Shown here piece after piece: positions 1-10,606 of a stretch of DNA of 64,000 nucleotides. Position 1 is the first letter of the stretch; each line of letters begins with the position of its first letter. The translations under genes and the position numbers were made by a program. Source of the DNA: Fidelibacterota bacterium (GTDB taxonomy: Bacteria; Fidelibacterota; Marinisomatia; Marinisomatales; Marinisomataceae); NCBI GenBank assembly GCA_018672235.1, contig JABHGE010000003.1, positions 13,828 to 77,827 of the forward strand, given 5' to 3'. The notes under the pieces are model-generated. The model was not told where the DNA came from and ran no database searches. It was given only the letters and a program-made list of their open reading frames with translations.

Positions 1-532
1 TTGATGCTGCCATCTCTTTAGCTAGTACTTTGGTTAACATCACAACCGCAGCTTTACTAATATTATATACTCCCAATCCATCTAATGGAGTTTTTGCTGC
101 GATAGATGCGATATTAATAATTTTACCATATTGATGATTCTGCATAGACTCGCTGCATATTTTTATAAAATTAAAGTATCCTTTTACATTAATATCCCAA
201 ATTTTTTCCCAATGACTATCTTCTGATTTTAAGATGGGTCCATAATAAGGATTTGCTGCTGCATTATTGACTAAAATATCTACTTTATTAAATTGATCTA
301 TAGTTTTATCTACAACATTCTTTATTGATGTCACATCCCCTGTATTACATTCTATCCCAACGATACTAAGTCCAGATGACTTGGCTTCTGCCACGGCATT
401 ATCTAGATTGTCTTTCTTTCTACTACAAATCACAACATTGGCACCTGCTTCTGCATATTTGAATGCAATCGCTTTACCAATTCCCTTCGAACCCCCAGAA
501 ACAATCGCTGTTTTATCTTTTAAGTTAAACAT
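1..532 (-). CDS. SDR family oxidoreductase (DHRS4/FabG-like), 3' end runs off the window
   Basis: Not in the ORF track because it is truncated. Read by hand from ATG at 532: MFNLKDKTAIVSGGSKGIG...ILVNNAAANP...SIAA...YNISK, giving the Rossmann GxxxGIG, NNA and YxxxK motifs. Confidence 0.88.
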   Translation of the reverse strand, partial: MFNLKDKTAIVSGGSKGIGKAIAFKYAEAGANVVICSRKKDNLDNAVAEAKSSGLSIVGIECNTGDVTSIKNVVDKTIDQFNKVDILVNNAAANPYYGPILKSEDSHWEKIWDINVKGYFNFIKICSESMQNHQYGKIINIASIAAKTPLDGLGVYNISKAAVVMLTKVLAKEMAAS

Positions 533-1381
533 CTATTTTTTCTTTCTTCGTTCTGCCATCGCTTTCCACATTGAATCTGGTAATTTAGTTAAATCGCTAA
601 ATTCAGCTGCTCCGGCAATCCACTCACCTCCGTCGATAGTAACTACTTCGCCATTGATATATGCAGAACCATCGCTCATAAGATATGATGCAAGATTTTC
701 AAGCTCATGACGTTCACCAAATCTTTTCATTGGAATATTATTTTTCATATTATCTTCATAGTCATCAAAACCTGGAGGCATTAAACGCGACCAGGCTCCT
801 TCGGTTGGAAATGGCCCTGGTGCTATCGCATTAAATCGAATATTATGTTTACCCCACTCTACCGCTAAAGATCGAGTCATTGCTAATACGCCTGCTTTCC
901 CTGCTGCGGAAGGAACTACAAAAGGTGACCCCGTCCATGCATATGTTGTAACAATACTAAGTACATTACCTTTTTTATTTTTAATCATTTCTTTTCCAAC
1001 AGTACTAATACAATTCCATGTTCCCATTAGAACGATGTCAATAACTGTCTTAAATGCATTAGGACTTAACATTTCGGTTGGAGAAATAAAATTACCTGCT
1101 GCATTATTTAATAACCCATCAATTTTGCCAAATTTGTCAATTGCCTGCGAAGTCATTAGCTCAACATCTTCTAACTTTCTTACATCCCCCGGACAAGTTA
1201 ATACATTGATACCTGTTTCAGAAAATTCTTGGGCAGTTTCTTCTAATACTTCTTTTCTTCGTCCACTAATAACGACATTAGCGCCCAGCTCTCCAAATCT
1301 TCTAGACATACTCTTGCCTAGCCCAGTACCGCCACCAGTAATAATAATTGTTTGATCTTTAAGTAGCCCATCTTTAAACAT
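533..1381 (-). CDS. SDR family 2,4-dienoyl-CoA reductase (DECR/Bacillus FadH-like)
   Basis: TGGGTGLG, NNAAGNFISP, SAAGKAGV (no catalytic Tyr) and NAIAPGPF motifs, characteristic of SDR dienoyl-CoA reductases. Confidence 0.8.
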   Translation of the reverse strand: MFKDGLLKDQTIIITGGGTGLGKSMSRRFGELGANVVISGRRKEVLEETAQEFSETGINVLTCPGDVRKLEDVELMTSQAIDKFGKIDGLLNNAAGNFISPTEMLSPNAFKTVIDIVLMGTWNCISTVGKEMIKNKKGNVLSIVTTYAWTGSPFVVPSAAGKAGVLAMTRSLAVEWGKHNIRFNAIAPGPFPTEGAWSRLMPPGFDDYEDNMKNNIPMKRFGERHELENLASYLMSDGSAYINGEVVTIDGGEWIAGAAEFSDLTKLPDSMWKAMAERRKKK

Positions 1382-1391
1382 ATAAATTCCT

Positions 1392-1703
1392 TTATTTTAA
1401 ATTATTTAAATTATCTTTTATGACATCTGTTTTTTCTTGCAAGGGTTCTAGTACATTATCTTTAATTAGACTATTTACAGATTGTTCAATTTCTTGTGAT
1501 TGATTTTTAATCGTATCTAAATCTGGCAAAGGCTGATCAGTAAAAATAAGATATGCACAATATATAATGAATAATGTAATCCCTAATGTCACTAATTTGA
1601 ATAAGCGTTTTATGACACTAAATGCAATCATTGCCATCAGAACAATGGTTACAGCTAAGTATGCTGGATTACTAGAAATGCTATTTAACAGATTCTCTAA
1701 CAT
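1392..1703 (-). CDS. Hypothetical small membrane protein (2 TM helices plus helical tail)
   Basis: 103 aa ORF with two hydrophobic segments, co-oriented with the SDR genes at a 10 bp gap. Confidence 0.7.
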   Translation of the reverse strand: MLENLLNSISSNPAYLAVTIVLMAMIAFSVIKRLFKLVTLGITLFIIYCAYLIFTDQPLPDLDTIKNQSQEIEQSVNSLIKDNVLEPLQEKTDVIKDNLNNLK

Positions 1704-1776
1704 TGTAGCAATTTATACATTAGATTTCTACTTTACAAAGATGAAACAAAAATCAATAAGATTCGTTAAAGATTAT

Positions 1777-4700
1777 ATGGTTAAAAAAGGATTTGTTTTA
1801 TGCTTCATGTGTTCTTTTATATTCAGCCAAGATAAACTTTTACTCAAACAGGCTGATATTCTCACATCTTCTACCACTGAATCTGAAACCATTACAAAAT
1901 TAGATGGAAATGTTGTGTTTCAAAAGACAGACACGATTTTAAAGGGTAACTTTGCAAATCAATCTAATCAAAATTCAATAATCAATTTATATGGTGATGT
2001 CTCTATTGAGCAGCCTAATCAAACTATCTATTGTGACTCGCTCTCATATGATAGCGATACTGAATTTTTTTCAATGTATGGTCATATTAAAATCAAAAAT
2101 GGTTCTCGATTAATTAGTGCAGACAAAGCTACGCTAGACCAAAATTCTAATCAAATTAACTTGATAGAAAATTGTGAAATAAGCGAAAAAAATAACAACA
2201 AAGTATATGGTGATAAAATAATACTAGATTTTAAAGATGAATCTTTACAGTCTTTGAGAGTATTGTCAAATGGTACGATTCTTACTCAAAACTCTGGCTA
2301 TGAGAAGATTGATAATCAACTACAGATAATAGAGAATGAGGATATCCTGAAAGGTGAAACTATTTTTGCTAGCTTTCAAAATGATACAATTAAAACTATA
2401 GAAATAGTAGGAATGGCCTCTACACTAATCCATCTTTATAACGATTCTCTTTATGATGGTATTAATGAAATATCGGGAGATAAAATTATCTTAGATATTC
2501 AAAATGATTCTGCAAAAAAATTGATAGCCGAAGGTGGAATTGTTGGTCGATATATTCCAAATGATTCCAATCAAAGTATTCAAGAAGAAATTGACTATAC
2601 TGCAAATCGTGTAGAATTTGAAGTAGAAAAAAAGATATCTGAAATGTATGGGGTGGTCAAAATTTTACATGATAGAATGGATCTATCTGCTGCTCATATC
2701 AATGTTGACTGGAGCACTAATGTTCTAGAAGCTTTTAGCGATAACCCATTCAACGAAGAAGAAGTCAATAAGCCTATACTGATAGAAAATAATCGAGAGC
2801 CAATGACTGGGGATACGATGGTATATAATATCAAATCTAGAAAAGGTAAAGTATTGATGGGCGAAAGTCGTATACAAGAAAATGTATACATGGGTAGTCA
2901 AATTACTAGTGTTACAGATAGTACTTTTTACATAGATGATTGTATATTTACTTCATGTGATCCGTCTAAATTTTATATCGGAAGCAAGCAGGTAAAGATT
3001 ATTTATGGTGATAAAGTCATCGCTAAACCCCTCAGTATTTTTATTGGCGGTGTACCAATTATAGGTATTCCAATTGCTATTTTCCCTCATTCCTCAAGCG
3101 AAAGAAGGTCTGGCTGGATTATGCCTTCATTTGGTTCGTCAGAAAATCGTGGGAACTATTTAGATGGCCTAGGATACTATTTTGCTGTAAATGACTATAT
3201 AGGCTCTGAAAATTCTCTTATCTTCGCAGATAGGCAAGGGTTGATAATCAAGTCAAAGAATGTTTATAAAGATCGCTATCGCTTTAATGGGATATTTAAT
3301 TTTGAAGTTCGAAAACATCTAGGAGACGGAGAAAGTGATATTGCTCAAATTGGTAAAAACAACAAAACTGACTATTCTTTTGACTGGAATCATAGTCAGA
3401 TCTTAAGAAACAACCAAACCTTTAGAGGTTCAGCTAGTTATTATAGTAATGGAGAATACAATAGAGAAACAAGTATTGATCCAATTAAAAGACTTAACCA
3501 GCAAGCAATATCAAATATTACCTACACCAAAAGATGGAAAACGCCTAATATATCTATCAGTGTTAATGCTTCTAATAAGCAAGATTTGATGTCTCAAAAC
3601 AAGGTTGACACAAGCTCCTCTTTTTATCAAACGCCTTCGAGCTTATCTTCTACCATAACAGAAGATACTAGCACCTTACCATCTATAAATCTTAGAGTAG
3701 CTAGGAGAAAATTATTTAAAAATAAATCTCAAGATTCATGGTTGGGGAATATTCAATGGGACTATAATTCACGTATAGTAAATAATTCTAAAAATTTCTA
3801 TGAAGCAGAAGAGTCGCTAGATGAAGATGGAACTATAGCTTATAGATGGAAACAGAATACATCTGGCAATCCTGAAAGTTCAAACAAATTAGATGCTATG
3901 TTTAAAAATGCTTTTTCTATAAATGCTCCCTTTACTGCTTTCAAATATATCGCTATCAATCCAAGCATTAAGATGAATTCAGATTTTGTGAATCGATATA
4001 GAGTAGCAGAATATGATGATACAGACATATTGAACTTTAGATATGAAGATGCTATTAAAAATAGAACAACCGGGAATTTAGGACTATCATTGTCGACTAA
4101 AATTTATGGAATTTTACCAATACGCTTTAATAAGATTCAATCTGTAAGGCATGTAATGACTCCAAGTATGCGCTTTAATTTTTCTCCAGACTATTTAAGC
4201 AACGACAGTTATTTTCAATCATTTAATGATGAATACTATGATTATTTTAGTAATTCTATTATTGGATCTACCCCTACCATAAGTACTAAAAAATTAAGCC
4301 TTTCTCTTAGCAATGTTTTCCAAGCAAAAATTAAAAAGAACGACAAAGAAGAAAAGATTAACATTCTTTCATGGGGAATATCAAGTGGATATAATTTTAA
4401 TGCAGAAACATTCAAGCTATCTAATATTAGTTCATCACTTAGAAGCAATTTGAAAAATGGCGTTTCTATTGATGCTCATTTAACGCATGATTTATATAAA
4501 TTTGATGACACTACTCAAACCAGAATTAATGAATTAGACAATTTCCCTAGATTAACCGGCGTAAGGTTAGCAACTAATTTTACATTGCGAAGTAAAACGC
4601 AGAGCTCCAATGAAGAATCAGAAAAAGAATTGTCAGATAGAACTAAAGCCTTTTTAACGGACCTATCTACTAATACTTGGCAAAGTAAGATTGGCATTAG

Positions 4701-5010
4701 CTATACTGTGAATAAAATTAATCCTTCAAATACCATTGAAAATTTTTGGATTAACACTAACACTAGTGTAAATGTAACTCAAAATTGGAAATTAAATTAT
4801 AATGCACGTTTCAGTATTAGCGATAAAGATATAGTTCGACATAATATTACCCTATATAGAGAAATAGATTGTTGGGAATTATTTATGGACTGGACCCCTA
4901 CAGGTTATGCAAAAGGACTTTATTTTAGATTAAATTTAAAATCTGATATACTGAAAGATTTGAAAGTAGAACAAAAAACTGGATTATATAAGACTAGGTC
5001 AAGTTTTTAG
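1777..5010 (+). CDS. lptD: Putative LPS assembly protein LptD with extended N-terminal OstA/LptA-like repeats
   Basis: Signal peptide from MVKKGFVLC (ATG 1777; 1741 is an alternative start). OstA-like beta-jellyroll segments, FTSC motif, RRSGWIMPSFG and C-terminal 'YREIDCWE...YFRLNLK' typical of FCB-group LptD. Confidence 0.82.
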   Translation: MVKKGFVLCFMCSFIFSQDKLLLKQADILTSSTTESETITKLDGNVVFQKTDTILKGNFANQSNQNSIINLYGDVSIEQPNQTIYCDSLSYDSDTEFFSMYGHIKIKNGSRLISADKATLDQNSNQINLIENCEISEKNNNKVYGDKIILDFKDESLQSLRVLSNGTILTQNSGYEKIDNQLQIIENEDILKGETIFASFQNDTIKTIEIVGMASTLIHLYNDSLYDGINEISGDKIILDIQNDSAKKLIAEGGIVGRYIPNDSNQSIQEEIDYTANRVEFEVEKKISEMYGVVKILHDRMDLSAAHINVDWSTNVLEAFSDNPFNEEEVNKPILIENNREPMTGDTMVYNIKSRKGKVLMGESRIQENVYMGSQITSVTDSTFYIDDCIFTSCDPSKFYIGSKQVKIIYGDKVIAKPLSIFIGGVPIIGIPIAIFPHSSSERRSGWIMPSFGSSENRGNYLDGLGYYFAVNDYIGSENSLIFADRQGLIIKSKNVYKDRYRFNGIFNFEVRKHLGDGESDIAQIGKNNKTDYSFDWNHSQILRNNQTFRGSASYYSNGEYNRETSIDPIKRLNQQAISNITYTKRWKTPNISISVNASNKQDLMSQNKVDTSSSFYQTPSSLSSTITEDTSTLPSINLRVARRKLFKNKSQDSWLGNIQWDYNSRIVNNSKNFYEAEESLDEDGTIAYRWKQNTSGNPESSNKLDAMFKNAFSINAPFTAFKYIAINPSIKMNSDFVNRYRVAEYDDTDILNFRYEDAIKNRTTGNLGLSLSTKIYGILPIRFNKIQSVRHVMTPSMRFNFSPDYLSNDSYFQSFNDEYYDYFSNSIIGSTPTISTKKLSLSLSNVFQAKIKKNDKEEKINILSWGISSGYNFNAETFKLSNISSSLRSNLKNGVSIDAHLTHDLYKFDDTTQTRINELDNFPRLTGVRLATNFTLRSKTQSSNEESEKELSDRTKAFLTDLSTNTWQSKIGISYTVNKINPSNTIENFWINTNTSVNVTQNWKLNYNARFSISDKDIVRHNITLYREIDCWELFMDWTPTGYAKGLYFRLNLKSDILKDLKVEQKTGLYKTRSSF

Positions 5011-5045
5011 GTGTTATTGCTTAAAAAAATTATTAATGTTGTTTT

Positions 5046-6278
5046 GTGAAATCTAAATATCAAAAAATTAAAGGTACCTTTGATATTCTTCCTCCTGATA
5101 CGCAATTGTGGAAAGAAGTTGAAAATATCCTTCATAGCATAAGTGAACAATTTAGTTATGAAGAAATACGTACCCCTGCACTTGAATCTATTAATCTATT
5201 TCAACAAAATGTTGGATATGAAACTGATGTATCAAAAGAAATGTTTGCTTGGGAGGATCAGTCTAACCAACAAGTGGCATTAAAGCCTGAAATGACTGCG
5301 CCAGTAGTACGTGCTTATATTGAAAGTGGATTTTTTAGAAGTAATCCATTATGTCGCTTATACTATATCGACTCTCTTTTCAGAAGAGAAAAGCCTCAAA
5401 AAGGTAGGCAGCGTCAATTTAACCAATTTGGTGTCGAAGCATTTGGTTCTTCTAGTATAGAACAAGATGTTGAAGTTATTCTCATGGCTACAACTTGCCT
5501 GAAGGCGCTCAGTATTAATGAAACCATATTACATATAAATAATATTGGTTCACCAGAAACTAGAATAAAATATGAGCAGCTATTAAAAAAATATTTCTCA
5601 CAAAATATTAAAGCTCTATCAGGTCTTTCTCAAAAAAGGCTGGATTCAAATCCAATCCGTATCCTTGATAGCAAGGAAAAGGAAGACAAACTTATTATTC
5701 AAAATGCACCTTTTATTAAAGAATTACTCACAGCCAAAGAAGTTGAAAATTTTAATACTCTATTAGCTAATCTTGATGCATTGAATATTCAGTATGTAGA
5801 GAGTCCACACTTAGTGCGTGGACTAGACTACTACAATGGAACTACCTTCGAGATCACTACTGAAAGTGACAAATCGCAAAATGCATTATGTGGTGGTGGA
5901 CGATATGACTTTTTAGTAGAGCAAATGGGTGGTCCATCAACTCCGGCAATTGGATTTGCAGCTGGAATTGAGCGCATGATTATTGAATCAAAACATCAGA
6001 TTAAAAAGAATGCTATTGATATATATATTAGCTGTAATGAATCAATAAATAGTCAAAAATGTTTTGCTCTAATACAAAATTTAATAGAAAATGATTATAA
6101 AATATTTTTTGACACAAATAAAAAGAATCCTAAAAATCAAATCAAAGATGCATTAAAAAGAAACGCATCATTTATATTAATGGTAGATCAAAATATGACC
6201 ATAAAAAATATTAAGTCTAATGAAGAAAGTGCTGTTGCTGACTTTCAACAATTGCTTAATTTCCTAACGTTACAATAA
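5046..6278 (+). CDS. hisS: Histidine--tRNA ligase
   Basis: GTFDILP, LKPEMTA, FRREKPQKGRQRQFNQFGVE, LVRGLDYY, GGGRYD and GFAAGIER motifs; GTG start. Confidence 0.97.
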   Translation: MKSKYQKIKGTFDILPPDTQLWKEVENILHSISEQFSYEEIRTPALESINLFQQNVGYETDVSKEMFAWEDQSNQQVALKPEMTAPVVRAYIESGFFRSNPLCRLYYIDSLFRREKPQKGRQRQFNQFGVEAFGSSSIEQDVEVILMATTCLKALSINETILHINNIGSPETRIKYEQLLKKYFSQNIKALSGLSQKRLDSNPIRILDSKEKEDKLIIQNAPFIKELLTAKEVENFNTLLANLDALNIQYVESPHLVRGLDYYNGTTFEITTESDKSQNALCGGGRYDFLVEQMGGPSTPAIGFAAGIERMIIESKHQIKKNAIDIYISCNESINSQKCFALIQNLIENDYKIFFDTNKKNPKNQIKDALKRNASFILMVDQNMTIKNIKSNEESAVADFQQLLNFLTLQ

Positions 6279-6305
6279 TTTATATTTACTAATAAATATA
6301 AATTT

Positions 6306-6335
6306 TTGACAATTACTAATCAAACTATGTAAGTT
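6306..6335 (+). promoter_or_regulatory. Putative sigma70-type promoter of topA (TTGACA-N18-TAAGTT)
   Basis: TTGACA at 6306-6311 and TAAGTT at 6330-6335, 11 nt before the topA ATG. Confidence 0.55.
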
Positions 6336-6346
6336 GGCATCCTAAT

Positions 6347-8782
6347 ATGCCTAATCAAGAAAAACTATTAATTATTGTTGAGTCGCCTTCTAAAACTAAG
6401 ACGATTGCAAAGTATATTGACAATGCTTCTGTCATAGCAAGCGTTGGCCACTTCAAAGATTTACCAAAAAAAGAAATGGGTATTGATATTGAAAATGACT
6501 TCGCTATGAAGATTCAAACAATGCCTGATAGAAAAAAATTTATTACTCAATTAAAGGCTGAAGTGAAGCTAGCTGACAGAATTCTTATCGCTACAGACCC
6601 AGATAGAGAAGGTGAAGCAATTGCAGCTGACATAGCATCAGAAATTAAACAGAATATTGAGAGAGTAGAATTTACTGAGATTACCAAAACAGCAGTACAG
6701 TCAGCTATAAAAAATAGTAGAGATATTAATTATGATTTAGTAGATGCTCAGAGAGCAAGACGTGCTATTGATCGTATTGTAGGATTCACATTCTCTCCTG
6801 TTCTTTGGAAAACATTAAGATCTATAAAAAATACTGGCCTATCAGCAGGTAGAGTACAATCAGTAGCATTAAGGCTGTTAGTAGATCGCGAAAAAGATCG
6901 TAATAAATTTATAAAAAATACATTTTATTCAATCGAAGTTGATTTAAAAGAAGAAAGTCATATTGAAACATTTAAAGCTAAACTGGTTTCATATGATGGT
7001 CAAACTATAGCAAAGGGTGACGACTTTGGCAAGTTTTCTAGCGGATTAAAAAACGATAAATTGCTTTTAATTGATGGAGAAAAAGCTAAAGAAATTAAAA
7101 CAGATACTGAAAGCAATAATTGGGAGATTAGTAGCATTGAATCTAAACCTACCTCTAGTTCTCCTGCTCCACCATTTACAACCAGCACTCTTCAACAAGA
7201 CGCTTCTAGGAGATTTGGATATTCTCCTAAAAAAACAATGATGGTTGCCCAAAAATTATATGAGCAAGGATTTATTACTTATATGAGAACTGATTCTACA
7301 AATCTTTCCAAAGAAGCTTTGGCCGCATCGAAAAAATTTATTTTAGATAAATTTGGTAAAGATTTTTTACCAGATTCTTCCAATGTATATAAAAGCAAGG
7401 TAGCTAATGCGCAAGAAGCTCATGAAGCTATTAGGCCTGCAGGAACTACGTTCCAAGAGCCAGCTAAAATATTAAGCAGTGTTGGATCAGATGAAGGAAA
7501 ATTATATGGTTTAATCTTGAACAGAACATTGGCATCTCAGATGAAGCCTGCGCAATACATTAGAACAAATATTGCACTTAAAAATGGCAAATCTATGTAC
7601 AAAGCAAGTGGTAATATCACAACATTTAAAGGGTATACAGCAGTTTATGAGCAAGCACTTTCTAGAAATCAGAAAGCTATTGTTACTGCTCTACCTCCAA
7701 TCGAAAATAATTCTAAGATTTTACATACGAATATAGATACTCTTGAAAAAAACACTACACCCCCGAGAAGATTTTCAGAAGCTATGCTTGTAAAAGAAAT
7801 GGAAGCTAGGGGTATTGGACGTCCATCTACTTATTCAGCTATATTAGATAAGCTTGTAAAAAAAGAATACGTAGTTAAGCAAAACAAAGCTCTTATTCCT
7901 ACCTTTGTTGGGATTGCCGTTACTCAATTATTAGAAAATCATTATTTATCATTATTTAATGAAAAATTTACCGCCGGTATGGAGCAACAGCTAGATGCTA
8001 TATCTAGATCTGAAAGTACTTATTTAAGTGTTCTACAAGAATTTTATAATGGTAAAGAAGATTATGCGGGCGTAGCTAAACTCTTAGAAGAAGAAATAGA
8101 TATTGCAAAAGCATGTACTGTCAATATATCTGAAAAAACTAACATACGTATTGGAAAATTTGGACCATATGTAGAAAAAGATGGCACCAATGTCACAATA
8201 CCACAAGACTTATTCCTGGGCGATTTAAATCAAGAGCAAATAGACAAGCTTAGCTCTATGCAAAAAGAAGATAATATTATTGGAACATTCAATGGTGGAG
8301 AAAATATTCTTTTAAAAGTCGGACGTTATGGACCTTATGTAGAATTACAAGAAAGTAAAAAAAGAGCTTCTATCCCAAAAGGTACCGCTAACGAAGATAT
8401 AACAGAAAAAATGGCTTCAGACTTGTTAAGCTTACCAAAAACCCTGGGTAATCACCCTGATACTGGAGAAGATATATTAGCTACTTTTGGTCCTTATGGC
8501 CCATATGTAAAATGTGGGAAGATTAATGCGTCTATGAAATCTACTGACAGCCCTCTAACTATCAGCTTAGAAGACGCTATTAAGCTTATTAAAGATAGAA
8601 AATTAAAATTTGAACCAACAATTCTAGGGTCTGATCCAAAAACAAAGAAGGATATTGCTATTAAAAGAGGTCGATTTGGGCCATATGTAACAGACGGGAA
8701 AAAGAATGTATCCCTTAAGGGATATACTATTGAAGATGTTACATTGGAAGAAGCCATTAAATTATTAGCAGAAAAAAAATGA
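6347..8782 (+). CDS. topA: DNA topoisomerase I with C-terminal zinc-free Topo_C repeats
   Basis: IVESPSK, ATDPDREGE, SAGRVQS and catalytic ITYMRTDS motifs, plus four G(R/K/P)(F/Y)GPYV repeats. Confidence 0.97.
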   Translation: MPNQEKLLIIVESPSKTKTIAKYIDNASVIASVGHFKDLPKKEMGIDIENDFAMKIQTMPDRKKFITQLKAEVKLADRILIATDPDREGEAIAADIASEIKQNIERVEFTEITKTAVQSAIKNSRDINYDLVDAQRARRAIDRIVGFTFSPVLWKTLRSIKNTGLSAGRVQSVALRLLVDREKDRNKFIKNTFYSIEVDLKEESHIETFKAKLVSYDGQTIAKGDDFGKFSSGLKNDKLLLIDGEKAKEIKTDTESNNWEISSIESKPTSSSPAPPFTTSTLQQDASRRFGYSPKKTMMVAQKLYEQGFITYMRTDSTNLSKEALAASKKFILDKFGKDFLPDSSNVYKSKVANAQEAHEAIRPAGTTFQEPAKILSSVGSDEGKLYGLILNRTLASQMKPAQYIRTNIALKNGKSMYKASGNITTFKGYTAVYEQALSRNQKAIVTALPPIENNSKILHTNIDTLEKNTTPPRRFSEAMLVKEMEARGIGRPSTYSAILDKLVKKEYVVKQNKALIPTFVGIAVTQLLENHYLSLFNEKFTAGMEQQLDAISRSESTYLSVLQEFYNGKEDYAGVAKLLEEEIDIAKACTVNISEKTNIRIGKFGPYVEKDGTNVTIPQDLFLGDLNQEQIDKLSSMQKEDNIIGTFNGGENILLKVGRYGPYVELQESKKRASIPKGTANEDITEKMASDLLSLPKTLGNHPDTGEDILATFGPYGPYVKCGKINASMKSTDSPLTISLEDAIKLIKDRKLKFEPTILGSDPKTKKDIAIKRGRFGPYVTDGKKNVSLKGYTIEDVTLEEAIKLLAEKK

Positions 8783-9132
8783 CAAAAAAAGTTTTTTTAA
8801 TCCTATGCACCTTCACTTTTCTCTTTAGCTTTCAGTCTTCATTGGAAGATCGTCTATACTCTTTAAACCGACAATTAATGTGTCCAATATGTGATGGACT
8901 TACCTTAGAACAATCTCAAGCAAGTGTGGCTGTAGAAATGCGATCAGAAATTAGAAAAATGGTTATCAAAGGAATGAGTGATCAAGAGATCAAAGATTAT
9001 TATGTAGAAAAATATGGCTTATATATATTGGCAAATCCTCCAAAAAATGGATTTGATTCTCTAGTTTTTATTGCTCCATTACTGTTTGGATTGCTTGGAT
9101 TAATAATATTGTACAAGTATTTATTTTCTTAA
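8779..9132 (+). CDS. ccmH: Cytochrome c-type biogenesis protein CcmH/CcmL (thiol-redox domain)
   Basis: Signal peptide, LMCPICDG (CxxC), A.EMR..I, I.DYYVEKYG..IL..PP and a C-terminal TM helix. Confidence 0.85.
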   Translation: MTKKVFLILCTFTFLFSFQSSLEDRLYSLNRQLMCPICDGLTLEQSQASVAVEMRSEIRKMVIKGMSDQEIKDYYVEKYGLYILANPPKNGFDSLVFIAPLLFGLLGLIILYKYLFS

Positions 9133-9154
9133 CTACTATACTTAAATTATTTAG

Positions 9155-10594
9155 ATGAACAAACAACACTTAGATAAAATTATTTCGCTATGCAAGAGGA
9201 AAGGGTTTGTATTTCCTAACTCTGAAATCTATGGCGGACTTAAGGCTTCCTACGATTATGGACCTTTAGGCGTAGAGCTTAAAAAATTAATATCAGAGCT
9301 GTGGTGGAAAGAAATGACACAGTCTCATCAAAATATTGTAGGGCTTGATAGTGCAATCATGGTGCATCCAGAAGTATGGGAAGCTAGTGGACATATTGCA
9401 AATTTTAATGACCCAATGACCGACAATAAAGATAATAAAAAAAGATATCGCATAGATGATCTCCTATCTCGACAAAAATCAAAAGTAATTGATGCTATTT
9501 GCAGTGAACTGAACATGAAAAATACTAAAAATGATGATATCTATAATGATATTGCACAAACCTTACTATCCAATGGATCTAAGTCTGATGGAGTTTTAGA
9601 AAGTGCTGGAGTTATTGATCCATATTCTGGTTCAATTGGAAAATGGACTAGTGCTGTACAATTCAATCTAATGTTTAAAACAGACTCTGGCCCTTCTGAA
9701 AAAACAGGAAAAAGTATATACCTTAGACCTGAAACTGCGCAAGGAATTTTTATTAATTATTTATTGGTACAAAACACTATGAGATTAAAAGTGCCATTTG
9801 GTATTGCCCAAATTGGGAAAGCATTCCGTAATGAAATTGTAGCGAGAAATTTTATTTTTAGAACTAGAGAATTTGAACAAATGGAGATGCAATACTTTGT
9901 ACATCCATCAGAAGATGATATTAGTATGGAGCTATGGAAACAGAAACGATTAGATTTTTATTTAAACCATCTAGGTATTAAATCTGAAAATCTAAAATTT
10001 CACCAACACAATGAAGATGCACTAGCTCACTATGCAAAAGATGCATATGATATTGAATATAATTTCCCATTTGGATGGGGTGAGGTTGAAGGAATTCATA
10101 ATAGAACAGATTTTGATCTTAAGCAGCATGAAAAATTTTCGGGTAAAAATATGACTTATTTTGATACAAAATCTCAGGAGAAATATCATCCCTATATTAT
10201 TGAAACTTCTACAGGATTAAACCGACTTTTTTTAATGGTCTTATGTGAATCATACTTTGAAGACGCTGAAAATAATAGAGTGGTATTGCAACTACCTTAT
10301 GATTTAGCTCCTATTAAAGCAGTGGTTTGTCCTTTAGTGAAAAAAGATGGGTTACCGGAAAAAGCAATGTCTGTATTTGATACACTAAATAAAGAATTCC
10401 CCTGCATATACGATGAACAGGGATCTATTGGGAAACGATATTACCGACAAGATGAAGCTGGAACTCCATTTGGAATTACACTTGATCATCAAACACTAGA
10501 AGATGAGTCTGTAACAATACGTGAGCGAGATTCAATGAAACAAACACGTGTCTCTATTGATAAAATCTCTGCTTTTATTCATGATAATAAATAG
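9155..10594 (+). CDS. glyQS: Glycine--tRNA ligase, homodimeric (alpha2) type
   Basis: YDYGPLG, LRPETAQGIF, FRNEI..RNFIFRTREFEQME and SIGKRYYRQDEAGTP motifs. Confidence 0.96.
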   Translation: MNKQHLDKIISLCKRKGFVFPNSEIYGGLKASYDYGPLGVELKKLISELWWKEMTQSHQNIVGLDSAIMVHPEVWEASGHIANFNDPMTDNKDNKKRYRIDDLLSRQKSKVIDAICSELNMKNTKNDDIYNDIAQTLLSNGSKSDGVLESAGVIDPYSGSIGKWTSAVQFNLMFKTDSGPSEKTGKSIYLRPETAQGIFINYLLVQNTMRLKVPFGIAQIGKAFRNEIVARNFIFRTREFEQMEMQYFVHPSEDDISMELWKQKRLDFYLNHLGIKSENLKFHQHNEDALAHYAKDAYDIEYNFPFGWGEVEGIHNRTDFDLKQHEKFSGKNMTYFDTKSQEKYHPYIIETSTGLNRLFLMVLCESYFEDAENNRVVLQLPYDLAPIKAVVCPLVKKDGLPEKAMSVFDTLNKEFPCIYDEQGSIGKRYYRQDEAGTPFGITLDHQTLEDESVTIRERDSMKQTRVSIDKISAFIHDNK

Positions 10595-10606
10595 GAAGAT
10601 TATAAT

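Noticed and set aside
1567..1776. N-terminal extension of the 1147-aa ORF
   Set aside because: Overlaps the opposite-strand gene 1392-1703; the signal peptide begins at ATG 1777.
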